Source: a virus (taxonomy: Duplodnaviria > Caudoviricetes). From it: a stretch of DNA of 31,547 nt. Positions 27,154 to 31,547 of this stretch are shown here, one piece after another. The DNA is taken from positions 1 through 31,547 of IMG/VR virus record IMGVR_UViG_3300005758_000683, one strand, 5' to 3'. A program made the position numbers and the translations under genes. The notes below the pieces were generated by a model that did not search any database, was not told the DNA's origin, and was given only the letters and a program-made list of their open reading frames with translations. Each line of letters opens with the position of its first letter. Position 1 is the first letter of the stretch.

Positions 27154-27827
27154 CCTTTATGTGATTTTCTTTGTTTAGTTAAAACTTTGTGCATATTTTG
27201 TGCTTGTAGGTTGTGCAACTCACAGAATTTATGGATATTATCTACAGTATACAATATACCTTCAGGTGATTTTACATCAGGATATACGATGCCTTTTGAT
27301 TTAGCTGAATTATCCCTAGTATATTTCTTGGACATTACAATACTATAATATTCAGGGCATAAATTTGCTAAATATCCATGTGCAGAGCCGCCCGATATAT
27401 GTTTAATAATATCTCTGCTTACACCAGTTATTTCAGATATTTTCGACGTACTAAAAGTGGTCGTAGCCAAATATTTTAGCACTTCTACATACTTATCTTC
27501 TGTATGTTTTGATGAATGTACTCCTTCACCATAACCACCGCCTTCGCCACCATTAGTAAGATTTAAGCCTGTTTTAAATGAATCAAATTCCTGAATATAC
27601 TGAATCTCTAATTCTTTTAGATTATCTGGGTGTGCCAATTCTAATATTTCGAAATTTGGCATACCATATTTATTGTAATAGTTTTGTAGTTTTTTATTTA
27701 CGTGTCTATTAGCTATTAAGGCACTTTTATGCTCCTGCTGCCTTACGTACAGGTTAGTGGACCTACCAATGTAAAACTCATTAGGATGTTGGTCAAAATA
27801 TATTGCATATATTCCGCAGTTATCCAT
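27138..27827 (-). CDS. GIY-YIG homing endonuclease (Seg-like)
   Basis: CGIYAIY...FYIGRS...R...H, E, N motifs and C-terminal SPEG...HKGW domain. ATG 27827 is preferred by alignment with the paralog; the track start 27857 lies inside a terminator stem. Confidence 0.85.
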   Translation of the reverse strand: MDNCGIYAIYFDQHPNEFYIGRSTNLYVRQQEHKSALIANRHVNKKLQNYYNKYGMPNFEILELAHPDNLKELEIQYIQEFDSFKTGLNLTNGGEGGGYGEGVHSSKHTEDKYVEVLKYLATTTFSTSKISEITGVSRDIIKHISGGSAHGYLANLCPEYYSIVMSKKYTRDNSAKSKGIVYPDVKSPEGILYTVDNIHKFCELHNLQAQNMHKVLTKQRKSHKGWTLA

Positions 27828-27846
27828 TGTAATCAATAACACAACT

Positions 27847-27883
27847 AAAAAAGGCATAGGTAGTCATACTACCCTATGCCTTT
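27847..27883 (-). terminator. Rho-independent terminator after D5
   Basis: Minus strand AAAGGCATAGG-GTAGTATGACTA-CCTATGCCTTTTTT. A second hairpin (AGCAACTA/TAGTTGCT) spans the D5 stop. Confidence 0.8.
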
Positions 27884-27898
27884 ATGATTTAGCAACTA

Positions 27899-28651
27899 TT
27901 AGTTAGTTGCTGCTTTGGCTTCTGCCTTTTGCTTTTTTGCGAAACCGTCATAGTCAGCAACTTTGATACCACGACGAGTCAGCAGTGTACGCAGACCACG
28001 CTCAGTTTTATCAACAGCAGCAGCGATTTCAGCAACAGTCATAGAGTGGATCTTGTCGCCAAGAGCAGTAACTGGATCAACAGTTTCTTTGGCATGAGAT
28101 TCACGCTGTGCAGGAATCTTGTCGATTTGGCCTTTGCGAGTCAGGCTTAGTGCCTTGCCGCGAACTGAAGCAACCGATTTGCCCAGAGCTTCAGCGATTT
28201 CTTCGATGAAACGGCCGCTTTGAGCCATGCTAATAAACTTGGCTTCTTCTGCTTCGGTATAGGTACGAGCAACTTCAACTTTTTCAGCAGGCTTAACACT
28301 GCCAGTCAGTTCAAGAGCAAGCAATTTACCTTGAATTTGTTTTGCGCTAAATTTGCCACCAGCAAAGTGTTCAGCGATTTCTTTGTACGTAAGATTACCA
28401 GCATTTGCTTGCACGAACTCAGCCAGAGCTTCGCCTTCGTCAGCAGTAAATGCGCTGGTCTTTTCCTTAGCTAGACTAGCAACTTCACGGTCCAGTTGAC
28501 GCAGTTTGCTGGCGATACTACGAGTAGTTTTGCCAAGGGCTTCAGCAGCACGCTCAACAGCTTCAACGCTAACAGGGCTTTGATTGCCAACAATGCTCAT
28601 CAGTTGGTCAACAGCTTCATCGGACCAGTTCTTAGTAGCTTTTTCAGTCAT
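27899..28651 (-). CDS. D5: DNA-binding transcription regulator (T5 D5-like)
   Basis: About 250 aa with repeated HTH-like units (ALGKTTRSIASKL, ALGKSVASVRGK, VDKTERGLRTLL). Lies between ligase B and the helicase as in T5. Confidence 0.82.
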   Translation of the reverse strand: MTEKATKNWSDEAVDQLMSIVGNQSPVSVEAVERAAEALGKTTRSIASKLRQLDREVASLAKEKTSAFTADEGEALAEFVQANAGNLTYKEIAEHFAGGKFSAKQIQGKLLALELTGSVKPAEKVEVARTYTEAEEAKFISMAQSGRFIEEIAEALGKSVASVRGKALSLTRKGQIDKIPAQRESHAKETVDPVTALGDKIHSMTVAEIAAAVDKTERGLRTLLTRRGIKVADYDGFAKKQKAEAKAATN

Positions 28652-29405
28652 TTTGATTTTCTTTCAAGAAAGTATTTAGGTTTGTGATAATTTGGATGCC
28701 GAGGCTTTCGGCTTTTTTACGCTTTGTACTGCCCTTATCTTCTTCATCAACCAAGTAGTCTGTGGTTTTAGTCACCGACTCTGTGGGCTTGAAACCAGCC
28801 AGTTCCAGAGCACGATGGGCTTCTGCTTTGGTTTTAAAAGAAGATAATTTTCCTGTAATACACACAGTTTTTGCGTTACTGGGTGTAGAGGAAACCTTTT
28901 GTGAACGAAACGAGAAGGGCAAAAACTCTCGAAGTTCGCGGAAATCTGTTTGTAGCCAGTTAAGTAAGTTCTGAGTTACTTTATCTCCTAGACCTGCACT
29001 TTTACAAGTTTTGTGAGTGATTTCATCAATATGTTGGACAACACTACACAACTTAGTTGCGGCTGTGTTACCAACCAGTGGTATGCTAAAACTAGCCAGG
29101 ACTGTTGCCAAGTCAGCGCCTCGTGCACGATCAATCTCGTCTAGTAGTTTGGAGGCTACTCGCTCACTGCCTAGTTGTGCTGATACCACGTCCAAGTCGA
29201 GATAAAAAAGTTCTGTAATGTCTGCTAGTTCGAGCTTCTCCACAGTTTTGGAACCCATGCCTTTAATGCCAAGCGTCTTGCAAAAATGCTCAACTTTTGA
29301 CTTTAGCTGAGCACCGCAAGCTGTGTTGCGGCAAAAGAGCTGATCGTTGACCAGTTCCAGTGGGTAGTCGCAGCACGGGCAGTGTGTTGGAATTTGGATT
29401 CTCAT
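28644..29405 (-). CDS. NAD+-dependent DNA ligase, subunit B (Zn finger, HhH, BRCT)
   Basis: PTHCPCC...FCRNTAC, LGIKGMG, IPLVG, VCITGKL...SVTKTTDYLV...KAESLGI. Confidence 0.92.
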   Translation of the reverse strand: MRIQIPTHCPCCDYPLELVNDQLFCRNTACGAQLKSKVEHFCKTLGIKGMGSKTVEKLELADITELFYLDLDVVSAQLGSERVASKLLDEIDRARGADLATVLASFSIPLVGNTAATKLCSVVQHIDEITHKTCKSAGLGDKVTQNLLNWLQTDFRELREFLPFSFRSQKVSSTPSNAKTVCITGKLSSFKTKAEAHRALELAGFKPTESVTKTTDYLVDEEDKGSTKRKKAESLGIQIITNLNTFLKENQND

Positions 29406-29431
29406 GGTTTCTTTATCAATTTACAGACTAT

Positions 29432-29460
29432 ATTATACTGGAAAAGAAGTGGCTACACAA
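29432..29460 (-). promoter_or_regulatory. sigma70-type promoter for ligase B/D5
   Basis: TTGTGT-17 bp-TATAAT, AAAATTTT upstream. Shares TATAATATAGTCTG with the 19479 promoter. Confidence 0.75.
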
Positions 29461-29492
29461 GTCAAAATTTTCTTTGCCCAACCACCGGAAAT

Positions 29493-30179
29493 TTAAGCAT
29501 CTACACGTCTCCAGCCTTTATGAAAATTACGTGTACCTTTTAATAGTTCTGTAACTTTTGGCTGTAATAGTCCGTGTTGTTTTGCAAAGTTTGTAACGTG
29601 TGTAACTTCGTGCACTATTCCTTCTGGAGAAATAAGTTTTGGATATTGTGTACCATAGTGATATGGTGAATCTTTTTTGAGCTGTTCTAGTTTTGCATAC
29701 AGCTCTGGTTCAACTTCTTTCATCCATGTGTGACTTTCTAATGCTGCTATATGGCGAATAGTGTATATAGATACGCCAGTTAGTTCTTCAATTTGACGTT
29801 TGTTTAGCGTTGGGCTATCTTGTACTAGCAATCGCAAAACATTTAAGTATTGCTCATTAGAATATTTTGATGTACCTGCCTTATCTCCAAATAATACTGG
29901 ATTCCCTGCTTCCGCGAGTGTATTAAATCCATTATTAACCGAGTCATATATTTCAATAGCTTCTTTTTCAAGAGCATTAAGCTCACTAATTCTACACTCA
30001 GCTAGAACTTCTAGTATCGGCATACCATATACATCGAAGCCTTTTTGCAACTTTGGTGTAGCTGCGTTTCTGTTAAAGGCACTTCTATGTTTTATGTATC
30101 TATCTTCTATGTCGATAGATTGACCAACATACACTTTATCAGTGTTACTAAACTTCAATAAATATATTCCACAAGACAT
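29493..30179 (-). CDS. GIY-YIG homing endonuclease (Seg-like)
   Basis: CGIYLLKF...VYVGQS...R...H, E, GFN and C-terminal SPEG...HKGW. GAGG RBS. Confidence 0.88.
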   Translation of the reverse strand: MSCGIYLLKFSNTDKVYVGQSIDIEDRYIKHRSAFNRNAATPKLQKGFDVYGMPILEVLAECRISELNALEKEAIEIYDSVNNGFNTLAEAGNPVLFGDKAGTSKYSNEQYLNVLRLLVQDSPTLNKRQIEELTGVSIYTIRHIAALESHTWMKEVEPELYAKLEQLKKDSPYHYGTQYPKLISPEGIVHEVTHVTNFAKQHGLLQPKVTELLKGTRNFHKGWRRVDA

Positions 30180-30200
30180 AAATTACCTCACATACTTATT

Positions 30201-30229
30201 ATTATAGCATATGAGGTATAATTTGTCCA
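30201..30229 (-). promoter_or_regulatory. sigma70-type promoter inside an RBS-sequestering hairpin
   Basis: TGGACA-17 bp-TATAAT. A 13-bp RNA stem (two G-U pairs) pairs 30206-30218 with 30184-30196, which includes GAGG. Confidence 0.8.
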
Positions 30230-30237
30230 ACCAAAAT

Positions 30238-31191
30238 TTAAGCGTCCACTTTGTGGACAATTTCCGGAATAATCATTCCTGCTAATCTAACAGCGATAGT
30301 ATCGCCAATTCGTAAATCAAGGGCTTCAATAAATCCAGGATTATTAAGTGTTGCTCTAGTAACCACTTTTCCGTCGATATTAACTGGTTCTAGGATTGCT
30401 ACTGGTGTGACCTTGCCGCTTTTGCCAACTTGCCACTCAACGTCTAGCAACTTGGTTTCTACGTGTGCTGCGCGCTCTTTTTTAGCGTATGCACCACGAG
30501 GGTGTTTGGCAGTGTAGCCCATGTCCTCAAATACACGGTTGTCGTTGACCCTGAACACTACACCGTCACACGGAAAAATCTTGTCCAAGTGTTCTTCAGT
30601 GATTACGCCAAAACCCCACTGCTTCAACAGGGTTTGATCTTCCCGGTAGGTTTTATTGGGACTGGGTGAGATACCATACGCAAAAAAGCTCAAGGCACGC
30701 TCACGGAACTCAGCTACGTCTTTGAGGTTAAGAGCACCCGCAGCATAGTTACGAGCATTCTCAATGTTGATGGGAGCTACAATCTCGCCAGTAACTTGTA
30801 CCACGCCATGATAGGGAATGGTGTGTGGTACAATGTGTGTAGCCAGCAGCTTATCCGTAATGATCTGACCCTCTACGCCGTCACCACGCGTAAGACCTCG
30901 CACAAGATCACCACCAACATAAAGTACGCTGATAGCTGCCCCGTCCAGCTTAGCACTAGCAACAACGTCTCGAATGCCTTCCAGAGGGCGAGCCTGACCT
31001 TCGTCTTCATAAAACTTTTGCAGTGAGTACATACGGTAAAGATGCTGCTCAACGTGGCCGTGCTGTTTAGCACCTACACGATTATACCCAACCGACTCTG
31101 CTAACCGATCAAACTGCTCGTCACTGATAACGGGGCTACCGGCGTAGTAAGCCTGCGATGCGCTATCTAAGAATTGTGTGATTTTGTTCAT
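30238..31191 (-). CDS. NAD+-dependent DNA ligase, subunit A (adenylation + OB)
   Basis: YY...ISDEQFD, MYSLQK, KLDG, TRGDG, GEI, DGVVFR, WQVGKSGKVTPVA, RATLNN, IIPEI. Confidence 0.94.
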   Translation of the reverse strand: MNKITQFLDSASQAYYAGSPVISDEQFDRLAESVGYNRVGAKQHGHVEQHLYRMYSLQKFYEDEGQARPLEGIRDVVASAKLDGAAISVLYVGGDLVRGLTRGDGVEGQIITDKLLATHIVPHTIPYHGVVQVTGEIVAPINIENARNYAAGALNLKDVAEFRERALSFFAYGISPSPNKTYREDQTLLKQWGFGVITEEHLDKIFPCDGVVFRVNDNRVFEDMGYTAKHPRGAYAKKERAAHVETKLLDVEWQVGKSGKVTPVAILEPVNIDGKVVTRATLNNPGFIEALDLRIGDTIAVRLAGMIIPEIVHKVDA

Positions 31192-31198
31192 AGATACT

Positions 31199-31227
31199 AT
31201 TATAACAGTTTAGGGTGGTGTTGACAA
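31199..31227 (-). promoter_or_regulatory. sigma70-type promoter, probably producing a leaderless ligase A mRNA
   Basis: TTGTCA-17 bp-TATAAT; only 7 nt to the ATG and no Shine-Dalgarno. Confidence 0.78.
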
Positions 31228-31503
31228 GTCTGAAAATTTCGCTGCGTAGTGCTGGACAATCTCACGTGCTTCGCCCTGAGCCACAATATCAAACAAGCCG
31301 TCTAGTAAGGCATAGATGTTTTCCACTGATGCTTCCATCGAAACCCCTTCACGGCTAGGTACAAAGTCGCCTTCGTAACTCTGAAAGTATTTACGAATGT
31401 TGAGATAGTATTTGTCACGAAATTCACTGAGTGTTAGTTTTAGCTGGTAAAATTTCTCGGTGTTCTCGTAGATTGTTTTTTCGTAGTGCAGGTTTTCACT
31501 CAT
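31210..31503 (-). CDS. PC4-like ssDNA-binding protein
   Basis: LTLSEFRDKYYLNIRKYF...FVPSREGVSM PC4-fold signature. T5 encodes a PC4 homolog near the ligase genes. Confidence 0.85.
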   Translation of the reverse strand: MSENLHYEKTIYENTEKFYQLKLTLSEFRDKYYLNIRKYFQSYEGDFVPSREGVSMEASVENIYALLDGLFDIVAQGEAREIVQHYAAKFSDLSTPP

Positions 31504-31547
31504 GCGTCCCCCTTGATGCCGTGGGCGGCTTCGATGGCTCGGGCAAA
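31500..31547 (-). CDS. 3' end of a truncated hypothetical phage protein
   Basis: Reads FARAIEAAHGIKGDA-stop; the TGA overlaps the PC4-like start (ATGA). Confidence 0.6.
   Translation of the reverse strand, partial: FARAIEAAHGIKGDA

Larger units (their letters stand above)
29473..30249. repeat. Degenerate direct repeat (29473-29504 and 30222-30249) flanking the endonuclease between the ligase halves
   Basis: TTTGCCCAACCA-CCGG-AAATTTAAGCATCTAC versus TTTGTCCAACCA-AAATTTAAGCGTCCAC: 25/28 matches plus a 4-nt indel. Both ORFs end in VDA-stop. Confidence 0.7.

Noticed and set aside
27828-27857. ORF-track start at 27857 for the GIY-YIG gene
   Set aside because: That ATG lies in the terminator stem; the paralog aligns from MDNCGIY at 27827.
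9867-31073. Numerous short alternative-frame and plus-strand ORFs inside replication genes
   Set aside because: They are overlapped by well-supported genes, with no motifs or convincing RBS.
28644-31191. Group I intron or frameshift interrupting one ligase gene
   Set aside because: Each half has its own start, stop and promoter, the spacers are too short for a ribozyme core, and a two-gene ligase is normal for T5-like phages.
1-31547. tRNA or rRNA genes, and stop-codon reassignment
   Set aside because: Intergenic gaps are short and accounted for by promoters and terminators; genes are intact under the standard code, and the fibre Trp codons are TGG.

Overview
Fragment of a T5-like lytic phage genome (Demerecviridae-type synteny) covering the convergent junction of two transcription blocks. 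The minus strand (8909-31547) carries the T5-type replication module: PC4-like SSB, split NAD+ ligase A/B, D5, DnaB-like helicase, primase, PolA, D10, D11, D12/D13, D14, D15 and dUTPase. It also holds a class II RNR, a glutaredoxin, two 2OG-Fe(II) oxygenases and four free-standing homing endonucleases. The plus strand (1-8866) holds the end of a tail/accessory block, a holin-like/GH24 lysin pair and PhoH. The most striking element is the AT-rich 1-6470 locus. A 5'-truncated Thr/Ser/Trp-repeat protein has two arms that are mirror-complementary in exact register around a 6-Cys knob, predicting a very long beta-hairpin 'stalk-and-knob' fibre. It is followed without breaks by a tail-assembly chaperone, a GT-like gene, a dTDP-glucose 4,6-dehydratase, a sugar C-methyltransferase and two paralogous GT-like genes, making a candidate phage-encoded fibre glycosylation system. 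Secondary signals are sigma70-type promoters embedded in hairpins that reach the translation start region of the endonuclease genes, and a degenerate duplication of the ligase A 3' end flanking the endonuclease between the two ligase halves. All protein calls come from motif recognition and synteny; no database search was run.
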